Notes: generated from the sequence alone by a model not told the origin. Numbered from the stretch's first letter, positions 29,326-39,612 are shown. The stretch is 64,000 nucleotides of DNA from an uncultured Chlorobiota bacterium (GCA_947311255.1 CAMZKL010000031.1:28024-92023); one strand, 5' to 3'. Numbers and translations are program-made.

Positions 29326-29440
29326 ATGTGTATAGTGCAGTGCGAATTTAAGGCAAAATTTGGTGGTTCGGGAATTTTTGTTAAATTTGTTGCATAATTT
29401 GAAAGTTATGGCTGGTCGGGTCGCACCGCACCATACACGT
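29326..29440. repeat. 20-bp-arm inverted repeat (long hairpin) enclosing 75 nt
   Basis: The left arm atgtgtatagtgcagtgcga (29326-29345) pairs with the right arm tcgcaccgcaccatacacgt (29421-29440). All three non-Watson-Crick positions are transition-type. Confidence 0.6.
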
Positions 29441-29534
29441 GGACGTTTTAATCCGTTTTTTATCTCTCTTTATGGTAACAATAGAAAAAAAACTAAAAAA
29501 TACACTCCAAATTATAACAGTCGGATACTTTTTG

Positions 29535-29542
29535 TATTTTTG
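29535..29542 (+). promoter_or_regulatory. candidate -7 box (TATTTTTG) for proS
   Basis: Matches TAnnTTTG, 23 nt upstream of the ATG at 29565. Confidence 0.4.
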
Positions 29543-29564
29543 CACAAAATTGAAAAAATATAAA

Positions 29565-31037
29565 ATGGCAAAAGGAATAGCAACAAGAAAAGAAAATTAT
29601 TCACAATGGTATAATGATATTGTGATAAAAGCAGATTTAGCCGAAAATTCCGGCGTAAGAGGAAGTATGGTAATAAAACCTTACGGGTTTGCAATTTGGG
29701 AAAAAATGAAAGCTCAACTCGATATAATGTTCAAAGAAACAGGACATGAAAACGCTTATTTTCCTTTGCTTATTCCAAAATCATACTTTGCAAAAGAAGC
29801 AAGTCATGTAGATGGATTTGCAAAAGAATGTGCCGTAGTAACACATTACAGACTTAAAACTACCGAAGATGGCAACATTGAGGTTGACCAAAATGCAAAA
29901 CTTGAAGAAGAATTAATTATAAGGCCAACTTCTGAAACAATAATTTGGAGTACATATAAAAAATGGATACATTCATATCGCGATTTACCAATTTTAATAA
30001 ATCAATGGGCAAATGTAATGCGTTGGGAAATGCGTACTCGTTTATTTTTGCGTACTGCTGAGTTTCTTTGGCAAGAAGGACATACAGCACATGCAAAATC
30101 GAGCGAAGCAATTGCTGAAACCAACCAAATGTTAGAAGTGTATGCCGAATTTGCCGAAAAGTGGATGGCAATGCCTGTTATAAAAGGCTCAAAATCTGAA
30201 AGTGAACGTTTTGCAGGTGCTTTAGATACTTTAAGCATTGAAGCAATGATGCAAGACGGCAAAGCTTTGCAAGCAGGAACTTCACACTTTTTAGGACAGA
30301 ATTTTGCAAAAGCATTCGATGTAAAATATACAAGCAAAGAAGGAAAAGAGGAATTTGTTTGGGCAAGTTCGTGGGGAGTTTCTACTCGCTTAATTGGAGC
30401 ATTAATTATGGCTCATTCCGATGATAAAGGCTTAGTTTTACCACCAAAATTAGCCCCAATTCAAGTTGTAATTGTTCCCATTTTTAGAAGCGAAGAAGAT
30501 TTAGTAAAGATTTCTGAAAAAATTGATCCAATAATTAAAAACTTACGAAAATTAGGAATTAGTGTTAAGTTTGATAATAGAGATACATACCGCCCCGGGC
30601 ATAAATTTGCCGAATATGAACTTAAAGGTGTTCCGGTTCGTCTTGCAATTGGTATGCGTGATTTAGAAAACGGAACAATTGAACTTGCACGAAGAGATAC
30701 TTTTGAAAAGAAGACTTATGAACTTAAAGGTATAGAAGAACTTATTGAAAATTTAATGGTTGAAATTCAAGATAATATCTTTAATAAAGCATTAAAATTC
30801 CGAGAAGAAAATACGCACACAGCAGATACTTATGAAGAATTTAAAAATATTATAAAAAATAAAAGTGGTTTTGTGTATGCACATTGGGATGGTACAATTG
30901 AAACAGAAGAAAAAATACAAGAAGAAACCAAAGCAACAATAAGAAATATTCCTTTTGATAGTCCCGAAGAAGAAGGTGTTTGTATGGTAACAGGGAAACC
31001 ATCAAAAAGAAGAGTTTTATTTGCAAAATCCTATTAA
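29565..31037 (+). CDS. proS: proline--tRNA ligase (archaeal/eukaryote-like short form)
   Basis: The real start is [20 protein letters not shown] at 29565. The upstream 42 codons of the track ORF are low-complexity read-through. Confidence 0.9.
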   Translation: MAKGIATRKENYSQWYNDIVIKADLAENSGVRGSMVIKPYGFAIWEKMKAQLDIMFKETGHENAYFPLLIPKSYFAKEASHVDGFAKECAVVTHYRLKTTEDGNIEVDQNAKLEEELIIRPTSETIIWSTYKKWIHSYRDLPILINQWANVMRWEMRTRLFLRTAEFLWQEGHTAHAKSSEAIAETNQMLEVYAEFAEKWMAMPVIKGSKSESERFAGALDTLSIEAMMQDGKALQAGTSHFLGQNFAKAFDVKYTSKEGKEEFVWASSWGVSTRLIGALIMAHSDDKGLVLPPKLAPIQVVIVPIFRSEEDLVKISEKIDPIIKNLRKLGISVKFDNRDTYRPGHKFAEYELKGVPVRLAIGMRDLENGTIELARRDTFEKKTYELKGIEELIENLMVEIQDNIFNKALKFREENTHTADTYEEFKNIIKNKSGFVYAHWDGTIETEEKIQEETKATIRNIPFDSPEEEGVCMVTGKPSKRRVLFAKSY

Positions 31038-31040
31038 TAA

Positions 31041-31071
31041 TACGTAGCCTGAGCTTGTCGAAGGCGATGTA
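31041..31071 (+). terminator. weak hairpin after proS
   Basis: tacgtagcc / ggcgatgta forms 9 bp with 1 mismatch and 1 GU. The trailing T-tract is poor. Confidence 0.3.
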
Positions 31072-31247
31072 AATAAATTTATTTAACATATTTATAAACT
31101 CTCTTAAATCCGCAAATAACGGTGTGAATAAACTAGTAAACAGAAAGTTAACTAAAATGTCATATCACTTTTATTAGATAATTCAAGCCGCGACTATCAG
31201 TTAGTTTTTGGCTTGCGGATATTAGGAACTCTTAAAAAAATAATTTT

Positions 31248-32306
31248 ATGAAACACACAGTATTAATTTTATCAATTTTTACCATGCTTTTCACAGCATG
31301 TAACGATGATGCACGGAAAACAGATAATGATGCAAAAGCAGATTCTTTAAAGAAAGTAGAAACTGCACTTCTGGAACAAGCACAAAAAGTTTTTAAAGTT
31401 TTACCTAAACTTGCAGAAAATACAGACAATGCTATTACAGATGCAAAAGTAAAATTAGGAAAGATTTTATATTTTGATACAAGACTTTCAAAAGAAGGAA
31501 ATCAATCTTGTAATACTTGTCATAATTTGACAACTTATGGAGTTGATAATTTGCCAACTTCACCGGGAGATAATGGTGGGCTTGGAACAAGAAATTCACC
31601 AACAGTTTTTAATGCAGCACTTCACAGAACTCAATTTTGGGATGGCAGAGCAAAAGATGTGGAAGAACAAGCAGGAATGCCTGTTACAAACCCTGTTGAA
31701 ATGGCAATGCCCGATGAAACTTCTGTAATTAAAAGATTATCAAAAATTGAGGCTTATAATAAAATGTTTGCTCAAGCATTTCCATCTGAAAAAAATCCTA
31801 TGACTTATAACAATCTTAAAAAAGCAATTGGAGCATTTGAAAGAACTTTAATTACAACCGATAAGTTTGATAAATATCTTGCAGGAGATGCAAGTGCATT
31901 AAATGAGCAAGAAAAAAAAGGATTAAATACTTTTATGAGTAAAGGATGTACCACTTGTCATTCTGGTGCAGCAATGGGAGGTGATTTGCTAATGAAATTT
32001 GGCATTCATAAAAATTACACCGAACTTATGGACAGCGTAGTTGTTGATGACGGACTTTTTGCAGAAACAAAATTAGAAAAAGATAAATTTGTTTTTAAAG
32101 CTCAATCATTAAGAAATGTTGAAAAAACATGGCCGTATTTCCATGATGGAAGCGTAAAAAATTTAAAAGAGGCTGTACAAATAATGGCAAAAACTGAATT
32201 AGGGCAAGAATTTTCTGAAGAAGAAATTAATGATGTGGTAGCTTTTCTTAAAACTTTAACTGCAAATATAAGTGAAGATGTAAAAACTGCACCTGAATTG
32301 CCATAA
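31248..32306 (+). CDS. di-haem cytochrome c peroxidase (CCP/MauG family)
   Basis: Lipoprotein-like signal (FTAC). Two CxxCH motifs (CNTCH, CTTCH). Confidence 0.85.
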   Translation: MKHTVLILSIFTMLFTACNDDARKTDNDAKADSLKKVETALLEQAQKVFKVLPKLAENTDNAITDAKVKLGKILYFDTRLSKEGNQSCNTCHNLTTYGVDNLPTSPGDNGGLGTRNSPTVFNAALHRTQFWDGRAKDVEEQAGMPVTNPVEMAMPDETSVIKRLSKIEAYNKMFAQAFPSEKNPMTYNNLKKAIGAFERTLITTDKFDKYLAGDASALNEQEKKGLNTFMSKGCTTCHSGAAMGGDLLMKFGIHKNYTELMDSVVVDDGLFAETKLEKDKFVFKAQSLRNVEKTWPYFHDGSVKNLKEAVQIMAKTELGQEFSEEEINDVVAFLKTLTANISEDVKTAPELP

Positions 32307-32364
32307 TTTATGTATATAATATGAATACTTGTAAAATGTAAACTGTCAATATTTTAAAATAATA

Positions 32365-32397
32365 AAAAGGCACAGATTTTTTATCTGTGCCTTTTTA
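32365..32397 (+). terminator. intrinsic terminator
   Basis: Stem aaaaggcacagat / atctgtgcctttt, followed by a T-run. Confidence 0.7.
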
Positions 32398-32444
32398 TAT
32401 ATTTAATAAGTAAGGAATAATTATGTTTTTAGCACACAAAAATA

Positions 32445-32452
32445 TATATTTG
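32445..32452 (+). promoter_or_regulatory. candidate -7 box (TATATTTG)
   Basis: 27 nt upstream of the ATG at 32479. Confidence 0.4.
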
Positions 32453-32478
32453 TTGAAATCTTAAAAAAATAAAAAGTT

Positions 32479-33306
32479 ATGAATTTATTATTATTACAAG
32501 GAACAGGAAAATGGGCTGATAAGGCTATAGAAATGGCAATTGCATATGGACCAAAAGTGGTTTTGGCAATTGTAGTATTAATTATTGGATTTTTTATTGC
32601 AAATAAAATTTCAAAACTTATTAAAAGAATAATGGGAAAAAGAGGTGTAGATGTATCTCTGCAATCCTTTGTTGGAAGTTTGGTTAGTGTACTTTTAAAA
32701 GTGATGGTTGTAATAAGCGTTGCAGATATGGTTGGAGTAGAAACAACATCATTTGTTGCAATAATTGGTGCCGCAGGTTTAGCTGTTGGTCTAGCACTTC
32801 AAGGTACTTTGCAAAATTTTGCCGGAGGTGCACTTATCATGATTTTTAAACCATTTAAAGTTGGAGATTTAATCGAAGCACAAGGGCAGTTGGGTGCGGT
32901 AAAAGAAATTCAAATTTTTGTTACAATTTTAACTACTTTTGAAAACAAAACAATTATAATTCCTAATGGAGTATTGTCTAATGGTACTATTACAAACTAC
33001 ACAACGGAAGGAAAAATTAGAGTTGATTTAAATTTTGGAATTGCATATAGTGCAAGTGTTAAAGATGCAAAAAAAACACTTGTTGAAGTAATGGATGCAC
33101 ACCCAAAAGTATTAAAAGATCCTGCACCTTTTGTTGGTATTGAATCTTTTGAAGCAAGTTTAGTAAAATTAGCTGTAAAACCATATTGCAAACCGGAAGA
33201 TTATTGGGATGTTTATTTTGACATTTATGAGCAGGGAAAAGAGGCTATAGAAAAAGCAAATGTTGAAGTGCCATTTCCTCAAATGGTTGTTCATATGGAA
33301 AAATAA
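32479..33306 (+). CDS. small-conductance mechanosensitive channel (MscS family)
   Basis: Three TM segments plus the MscS beta-domain motif (FKVGDLIE...G.V..I....T). Confidence 0.85.
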   Translation: MNLLLLQGTGKWADKAIEMAIAYGPKVVLAIVVLIIGFFIANKISKLIKRIMGKRGVDVSLQSFVGSLVSVLLKVMVVISVADMVGVETTSFVAIIGAAGLAVGLALQGTLQNFAGGALIMIFKPFKVGDLIEAQGQLGAVKEIQIFVTILTTFENKTIIIPNGVLSNGTITNYTTEGKIRVDLNFGIAYSASVKDAKKTLVEVMDAHPKVLKDPAPFVGIESFEASLVKLAVKPYCKPEDYWDVYFDIYEQGKEAIEKANVEVPFPQMVVHMEK

Positions 33307-33360
33307 AGTATAATTTATTAATTTGAGCTTGATATTGAATTAAATCTTCAGCTTAAAAGC

Positions 33361-33407
33361 AAAAAGCACCCTAATCTTTTGTGTTACAAAATAGGGGTGT
33401 TTTTTTA
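33361..33407. terminator. bidirectional terminator between convergent genes
   Basis: Stem gcaccctaat / ataggggtg (imperfect), with an A-run on one side and a T-run on the other. Confidence 0.55.
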
Positions 33408-33433
33408 TGCCCTAATTATACAATCCCATATAA

Positions 33434-34963
33434 TCAATTTCCAATTTTGAAAAATATAATGAAACTTGTTCCTTTTCCTTTCTCACTTTTTATTGAGATA
33501 TTGCCATTGTGCTCTTCTATAATTCTTTTTACATAACTCAATCCCAAACCAAAGCCTTTAACATCATGTATATTTCCGGTTGGAACTCTGTAAAATTTAT
33601 TAAAAATCTTTTTTTGATTTTCCTTACTAATACCTATACCATTGTCTTTTATTTCTATTTTTATTCCTTCTTCGTAGTTTGATGTTTTTACTTCGATTTT
33701 TGGAGGTGTTTTTTCTTTTGAGTATTTCACAGCATTGTCTAAAAGATTAAACAAAATATTTGTAAGATGGAGTTTATCTCCTTTTAAGATGAAATTTTTT
33801 GCATTCAAATCTACTATTATTTCACCATCTTTGTTCTTAACCTTAATATCCATATTTAAAACAGCAAAACTTATAAGTTCATGTATGTCAACATCTTTAA
33901 CATTAAAATGAATACTACCTTTTTCAAATAATGAAATTTGTAAAACTTTTTCAATCTGAAATTCTAATCTTTTACTTTCATCTTTAATAATTTTAGATAT
34001 TGATTTTAACTTTTTCTTTGAAATTTCAATAGAATCATCAGAAAGCATTTGTGAGGCAAGTGAAATTGTGGAAACAGGAGTTTTTAATTCGTGGGTCATG
34101 TTGTTTACAAAATCATTTTTTATTTCAGATAATTTTTTTTGTTTTAAGATAAGATAAATTATAAAGGCAAATGTGATAATAATTATAAATGTTATTATAA
34201 AAGATAGCAACATTGGTTTGGGAATATCTGAAGGGATAATATTATTATCTTTTTTAAAATACATTACCAAGTAATATTTAGATGCTAAAACATCATTTGG
34301 GAAAAGTAATATCTCGTAGGTTTCTTTAACATAGTTTAAGGTAAAACCTTTGGATTTAATTTTGTATATATTATTGTTGTCTTTTACACCATAAAAATAG
34401 TTGTAGTTTATTCCGTTAGAACTAAAAACGCTTGAAATAATTTTGTCAAATTCAACAGCTTTCAAACGTTTTTCAATTTGAGTTTCGCTGGCAATTAGTC
34501 TGTTTAAAATATCTTGAATAAAAAAAGTTTTTTTGCTGATATTTCCAATTATTCTTTGTTTTAAGTCTTCTTGGGTAAACTCTATATTGTTTCCAAAAAC
34601 ATCTTGTTGGGCTTCAACTCTATAAAGAGAATCGCCTTGTAAATAATAAACCGGATTTTGCTTAATTGTTGTATCGTCTTTGTTGTCATTGTTTTGACTG
34701 AAGTTCTCCTCAAAAAGAAATTTGCTGCCCATATGTTCTGTGCTATCTTTACTAAAAGGAACTGTTGACTCAGAAATAAGTAAAATAGCTTCATTTTCTT
34801 CAATTTGTTTAACTATTTCATATAATGCTTTATTCACTTTTCCTTCAAATTGTTGTTCTTCAATAATCAGAGCTTTTTCAATCCATGCTGCCTGAACCAG
34901 AATTAAAAAAATTACGGTTGCAATCATTATAACTGTTAGTAGCCTTATATATCTTTTTCGCAT
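33434..34963 (-). CDS. sensor histidine kinase (two TM, HisKA + HATPase_c)
   Basis: H-box is FVNNMTHELKTP, the N-box is LLDNAVKYS, and the G-boxes are DNGIGI and GFGLGLS. Confidence 0.85.
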   Translation of the reverse strand: MRKRYIRLLTVIMIATVIFLILVQAAWIEKALIIEEQQFEGKVNKALYEIVKQIEENEAILLISESTVPFSKDSTEHMGSKFLFEENFSQNNDNKDDTTIKQNPVYYLQGDSLYRVEAQQDVFGNNIEFTQEDLKQRIIGNISKKTFFIQDILNRLIASETQIEKRLKAVEFDKIISSVFSSNGINYNYFYGVKDNNNIYKIKSKGFTLNYVKETYEILLFPNDVLASKYYLVMYFKKDNNIIPSDIPKPMLLSFIITFIIIITFAFIIYLILKQKKLSEIKNDFVNNMTHELKTPVSTISLASQMLSDDSIEISKKKLKSISKIIKDESKRLEFQIEKVLQISLFEKGSIHFNVKDVDIHELISFAVLNMDIKVKNKDGEIIVDLNAKNFILKGDKLHLTNILFNLLDNAVKYSKEKTPPKIEVKTSNYEEGIKIEIKDNGIGISKENQKKIFNKFYRVPTGNIHDVKGFGLGLSYVKRIIEEHNGNISIKSEKGKGTSFIIFFKIGN

Positions 34964-35010
34964 TTAACTTAGTGTAAAGGGGTTTTTAAGCTCAATTTAT
35001 TTTTAAGTAC

Positions 35011-36141
35011 TTATAATCTTTGTGCTAATTGTTTTACCATTGATGTTTTCCATATCGCAAAAGTGCCTTCGTTTATTTTCTGTCTTGCAATTCTTACTAG
35101 TTCCAAATAAAAAGCTAAGTTATGAATACTCGCAATTTGTGCTGCTAATCTTTCATTAACTTTCATTAAATGTCGAACATATGCTTTAGAATAAAAAGAA
35201 TCAACATAAGAAGTTCCAAATTCATCTAGGGGAGAAAAGTCTTGTTCCCATTTTTTGTTTTTTATGTTAATTCGACCTTGCCATGTAAATAACATTCCGT
35301 TTCGTCCGTTTCTAGTTGGCATAACACAATCAAACATATCAGTTCCCAAAGCTATTCCTTCTAAAATATTTTCAGGTGTTCCAACTCCCATTAAATATCT
35401 TGGTTTATCTTCAGGCAGAATATTGTTTACAATTTCTAACATTTCATACATTTCCTCAGTAGGTTCTCCAACTGAAAGACCTCCAATTGCATTTCCTTCT
35501 CTCTCATGCGATGCAATTGTTTCTGCAGACTGTATTCTTAAATCTTTGTACGTACTTCCTTGAACAATAGGGAAATATGATTGTTCGTACCCATATAAAC
35601 CTTCTGTTTCATCAAATCTTTTTATTCCTCTTTCTAGCCAACGATGTGTAAGGAACATTGAATTTTTTGCATATTTGTAGTTAGAAGGGTAGGGCGGACA
35701 TTCATCTAATGCCATTATAATATCTGCACCTATACTTCTTTCTGTATCTACCACATTTTCGGGTGTGAAAAGATGTTTAGAGCCGTCAATATGTGATCTG
35801 AAAGTTACTCCTTCTTCTTTAATTTTTCTAATATCAGACAATGAAAACACTTGATAACCTCCACTGTCAGTAAGAATTGGTTTGTTCCAGTTCATAAATT
35901 TATGTAATCCTCCTGCTTTTTCAAGAGTATCAATTCCAGGTCTTAAATATAAATGATATGTATTTCCAAGAATAATTTGTGCTTTAATATCTTCATCAAG
36001 TTCTTTTTGGTGTACACTTTTTACCGAACCTAATGTTCCAACGGGCATAAAAATAGGAGTTTCTATAAGTCCATGAGCTGTATGTAGTTTGCCTGTTTTT
36101 GCTTTTGTAGTACTATCTTTTTTTATTATTTCAAATTTCAT
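35011..36141 (-). CDS. tgt: tRNA-guanine transglycosylase
   Basis: 376 aa with TDSGGYQVFS and the Zn-site region CVMPTRNGRNG. Confidence 0.9.
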   Translation of the reverse strand: MKFEIIKKDSTTKAKTGKLHTAHGLIETPIFMPVGTLGSVKSVHQKELDEDIKAQIILGNTYHLYLRPGIDTLEKAGGLHKFMNWNKPILTDSGGYQVFSLSDIRKIKEEGVTFRSHIDGSKHLFTPENVVDTERSIGADIIMALDECPPYPSNYKYAKNSMFLTHRWLERGIKRFDETEGLYGYEQSYFPIVQGSTYKDLRIQSAETIASHEREGNAIGGLSVGEPTEEMYEMLEIVNNILPEDKPRYLMGVGTPENILEGIALGTDMFDCVMPTRNGRNGMLFTWQGRINIKNKKWEQDFSPLDEFGTSYVDSFYSKAYVRHLMKVNERLAAQIASIHNLAFYLELVRIARQKINEGTFAIWKTSMVKQLAQRL

Positions 36142-36231
36142 CTTTATAGTATTCTTTCATTTATATATTGTTTCATCGATAAGTCTGTTATTAAAAGTAA
36201 CAATTTAACAATTTAAACAGTTTTTTTATTC

Positions 36232-36239
36232 TATTTTTG
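36232..36239 (+). promoter_or_regulatory. candidate -7 box (TATTTTTG)
   Basis: 17 nt upstream of the ATG at 36256. Confidence 0.35.
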
Positions 36240-36255
36240 CATAAAGGTAAAATTA

Positions 36256-36939
36256 ATGAATAAAAGTGAGAAAAAAAGATTAAAATTCAGTTTAATACTC
36301 CCCATTTTTTTTGTTTTTGTGATGTGGTTAGTAAAATTGTATGAATATTTTTTAAACTTACACTTTTACGAATACGGTATTTATCCTCAAAGATTTGAGA
36401 ACTTTAGCGGAATTTTTTTAGCCCCATTTATTCATGGAGATTTCAAGCATTTAATTTCAAATACATTTCCTTTTTTAATACTCGGAACTGGTCTATTTTA
36501 TTTTTATAGAAAATATGCTTATAAAGTTTTTTGGTTGATATTTATTTTTTCGGGATTTTGGGTATGGTTGGCTGCTCGTCCTTCATATCATATTGGTGCA
36601 AGTGGGGTTATATACGGATTGGCATCTTTTCTTATCTTTTCAGGTTTAATTCATAAAAATAAAGCATTAACTGCAGTTTCTTTAATAACTGTTTTTTTAT
36701 ATGGAAGCATGGTTTGGGGAGTATTGCCTATAAAACCAGGAGTGTCGTGGGAGGGACATCTTTTTGGTGCTGTTACAGGTTTAATAATTTCTATTGCTTT
36801 TGCAAACAAAAAACCTGCACAAGAAACTGTGAAAAAAAAGGAACAAAAAGATGAAATTTCAGAGTTTTCTGAACCTACTATAAGTAGCGATATATATAAT
36901 AAAGTAGAATATTTTTATGAAGAAGATATAAATGCTTAA
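36256..36939 (+). CDS. rhomboid family intramembrane serine protease
   Basis: Six TM segments, a GASGVIYGL catalytic Ser motif and a downstream His (EGHLFGA). Confidence 0.8.
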   Translation: MNKSEKKRLKFSLILPIFFVFVMWLVKLYEYFLNLHFYEYGIYPQRFENFSGIFLAPFIHGDFKHLISNTFPFLILGTGLFYFYRKYAYKVFWLIFIFSGFWVWLAARPSYHIGASGVIYGLASFLIFSGLIHKNKALTAVSLITVFLYGSMVWGVLPIKPGVSWEGHLFGAVTGLIISIAFANKKPAQETVKKKEQKDEISEFSEPTISSDIYNKVEYFYEEDINA

Positions 36940-37002
36940 TACAACTTATTAATTATTAACCTTTTGCTAACCTTTGTTTCTTTTGTTTATTAGATATTTT
37001 AA

Positions 37003-37010
37003 TAAGTTTG
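37003..37010 (+). promoter_or_regulatory. candidate -7 box (TAAGTTTG)
   Basis: 32 nt upstream of the ATG at 37042. Confidence 0.35.
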
Positions 37011-37041
37011 CAAAAAATCAATTATCTTGTTTTAATTTTAA

Positions 37042-38619
37042 ATGGACAAAATTTCACATAAATTATTTGCGGTTAAATTACTTCAAGCTTATACTGCTCT
37101 TATTAGTATGTTATTTATTTTAATAACAATACTTATTTATGTAAACGGTTTTAACTTAAATATGGTATTGGTTTTAAGTATCTCTGTTTCGTTATTGGTA
37201 TTAAGCCTGATTTTAACTTATTTTAAGCAATTAAATATTGCAAAGTTTATTGTAGTTATTTTTCCGCCCTACACTTTATTAATTATAAGCATATTAGAAA
37301 AATATTTCAATGTTGTAGCTAATACATATACTTTTTTAATACCAAGAATTGCAGTAATACTTTTTTTAATGCCACCAGTTATGTTTTTTGGTGTTAAGCA
37401 ATATAGTAAATTAATTATTTCATTAATTTTATTAAGCCCCGTTGTATTATTTTTTGATTATTTCCACCACCTATTTGGAATATACTTAGAAGAATTGCCT
37501 TATAATCAAAAGTTTTACACCATTTTATTAATAATTCTTTCTTTTTTTTATTCATTAGTTTTAGCAAGTGTTCTTTTATTTCAAAAATCAAATATTTTAT
37601 TCCAAAAGAAAATAAACAATCAAAATTTAAATATTTTTAAAGAAAAAGAGAAAACGGAAAAACAAAATAAAAAATTAAAAAATTTAAATGAAGAATTTTT
37701 AGCTCTTAATGAAGAGTTAAACCAGAAAAATGATGAGTTAGAAGCGATTTCAGAAGAATTTAAGCAAAATAATGAAGAATTACTAGTAACACAAGAAAGA
37801 ATTGTTGAAAGTGAAAAAAAATACAAACAACTCTATGAGAAAAGCGAAGATGCTTTTGAAAGCGTTAATTCAAGTATAAGGTATGCTAAAACAATTCAGG
37901 ATTCATTATTGGTAAAAGAAGAAACAATTAATAAGTGCTTTAATGATTATTTCCTTTTATTCAAACCCAAAGAAAAAATAAGTGGAGATTTCTATTATGT
38001 GAAAAAATATAAAGAGTATATTCTGTTTTCTGTTGCAGATTGTACCGGACACGGTATTCCTGGAGGCTTTATTACAATGCTTGGTATTACTTTTTTACAT
38101 GAAATAGTAAGTAACAAAAATGTTAATAATCCTGGCTTGGCATTAAACCTTTTAAGGAAAAAAATAAAAAATACTTTTAAAACTTTTGGGTCTGAAAACC
38201 CAAACGGAATGGATCTTGCACTTTGTGCCTTAAATACAAAAACTAATGTGTTAAGTTATTCCGGTGCATATAATCCTCTATGGATTATTAGAAACAATGA
38301 GTTGCATGAGTATAAAGCCACTCGAAACCCAATAGGCTTTAATTATGTTGAAACCGATTTTAAAAACTATGAAATTCAACTTCAAAATAATGATTTAATT
38401 TATATCTTTTCTGATGGTTTTCAAGACCAAATTAGTGAGGCAACAAATAAAAAGTTCTTATCTAAAAATTTTAAAAAGTTACTTTTAAACAATCAATTAA
38501 TTTCAATGAAAGAGCAAAAAGAAGTTTTAGAAAAAACTTTTAATGATTGGAAGGGCAACTATGAACAAGTAGATGATGTAACAGTTATGGGAGTTAAATG
38601 GAAAATCTCTAATGAATAG
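37042..38619 (+). CDS. membrane-anchored PP2C/SpoIIE-family protein phosphatase
   Basis: An N-terminal polytopic region is followed by a coiled coil. The C-terminal SpoIIE motifs are SGDFYYV, ADCTGHGIPG, FSDGFQDQ and DDVTVMGV. Confidence 0.8.
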   Translation: MDKISHKLFAVKLLQAYTALISMLFILITILIYVNGFNLNMVLVLSISVSLLVLSLILTYFKQLNIAKFIVVIFPPYTLLIISILEKYFNVVANTYTFLIPRIAVILFLMPPVMFFGVKQYSKLIISLILLSPVVLFFDYFHHLFGIYLEELPYNQKFYTILLIILSFFYSLVLASVLLFQKSNILFQKKINNQNLNIFKEKEKTEKQNKKLKNLNEEFLALNEELNQKNDELEAISEEFKQNNEELLVTQERIVESEKKYKQLYEKSEDAFESVNSSIRYAKTIQDSLLVKEETINKCFNDYFLLFKPKEKISGDFYYVKKYKEYILFSVADCTGHGIPGGFITMLGITFLHEIVSNKNVNNPGLALNLLRKKIKNTFKTFGSENPNGMDLALCALNTKTNVLSYSGAYNPLWIIRNNELHEYKATRNPIGFNYVETDFKNYEIQLQNNDLIYIFSDGFQDQISEATNKKFLSKNFKKLLLNNQLISMKEQKEVLEKTFNDWKGNYEQVDDVTVMGVKWKISNE

Positions 38620-39612
38620 TTTTACTTTTTTAAAAAGTTATTAATTGCAGATAAAAAAGATTTATTTGTAATGGGTTTTGTAAGATACTCGTCAAAAATA
38701 TGACCATATTTCTTTTTCTCTTCATTTGTTGCATTTGCAGTTATCGCTAGAATAGGAATATGTTTTAATTTTTTATTCTTTCTAATTATTTTAGCAGCAT
38801 CATAACCATTTAGTACCGGCATTTGTATATCCATCAGAATAATATCAGGAGTATATATTTTGAGTATATCAAGTGCCTCTTGTCCATTTACTGCATCTTT
38901 AATTTTAATATTATTGTTTCTTGAAAAAAGAGTAATTATTTCTCTGTTCATTTCTATATCCTCCACGTGTAATATTTTAACTTCTTTTATATTCAAAGTA
39001 TTTTTGTTACTTTTTAGTGCAATTTTGTCATTTCTTTTTTCAGAAAGAACCTTAATCTTTTTTAAAAATATTGTGAAAATTGTTCCTTTCCCTACTTCAC
39101 TTTGAACATATATTTTACCGTTTAACAGTTCAACAAGTTTTTTTGTGATAGCAAGACCAAGTCCGGTGCCACCATATTCGCGAGTTTTTTGCCCTTCAAT
39201 TTGCCTGAAAGTCTCAAAGATATTATCTAATTGATTTTTAGGAATTCCAATACCTGTGTCTTTTACTTTTATTAAAACATCAACAATATCTTCACTTTTC
39301 TTATTATTACATTCTTTTACTTCAAGAATAATATCTATTCTTCCGGTATTAGTAAATTTAATTGAATTACCCACAAGGTTTATTAAGATTTGGTTTAATC
39401 TATGCCTGTCAGTTAAAATATATCTTGGTACCGATTTGCCAATATTTACATTAATTGGAATATTTTTTTTGTTAGATATTATAAAAAATATTTTTGGAAT
39501 AATATTTATTGCTTCATATAAATCTGTATATTCTTTAACTATTTTAAGTTGTCCTGCCTCAATTTTAGAAATGTCTAGTATATCGTTTATGAGATGTATT
39601 AAATTTTTTCCA

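Noticed and set aside
28737-29326. Long-range pairing GTTGTGTG..CGAC (28737-28748) with GTCG..CACACAAC (29310-29324) as the closing helix of a 590-nt RNA
   Set aside because: An 8+4 bp match across 1 kb is within chance expectation, with no supporting covariation available.
29439-29564. 42-codon N-terminal extension of proS in the ORF track
   Set aside because: The extension is hydrophobic junk overlapping the predicted promoter. ProRS homology starts at [12 protein letters not shown] (29565).
28532-29564. tmRNA, RNase P RNA, tRNA or oriC in the ORF-free region
   Set aside because: There is no GGGG...TCCACCA ends or ...ALAA tag frame, no AGGAAAGTCC-type RNase P core and no T-arm with a paired stem (ggatttgaatt lacks one). 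Only one DnaA-box-like word is present (ttatccact, reverse complement at about 28983).
31041-31062. agcctgagcttgtcgaaggcg resembles half of a REP-like palindromic repeat seen in some Bacteroidota
   Set aside because: Only one half-site is present and there are no other copies in the window. It cannot be verified without a genome-wide search.
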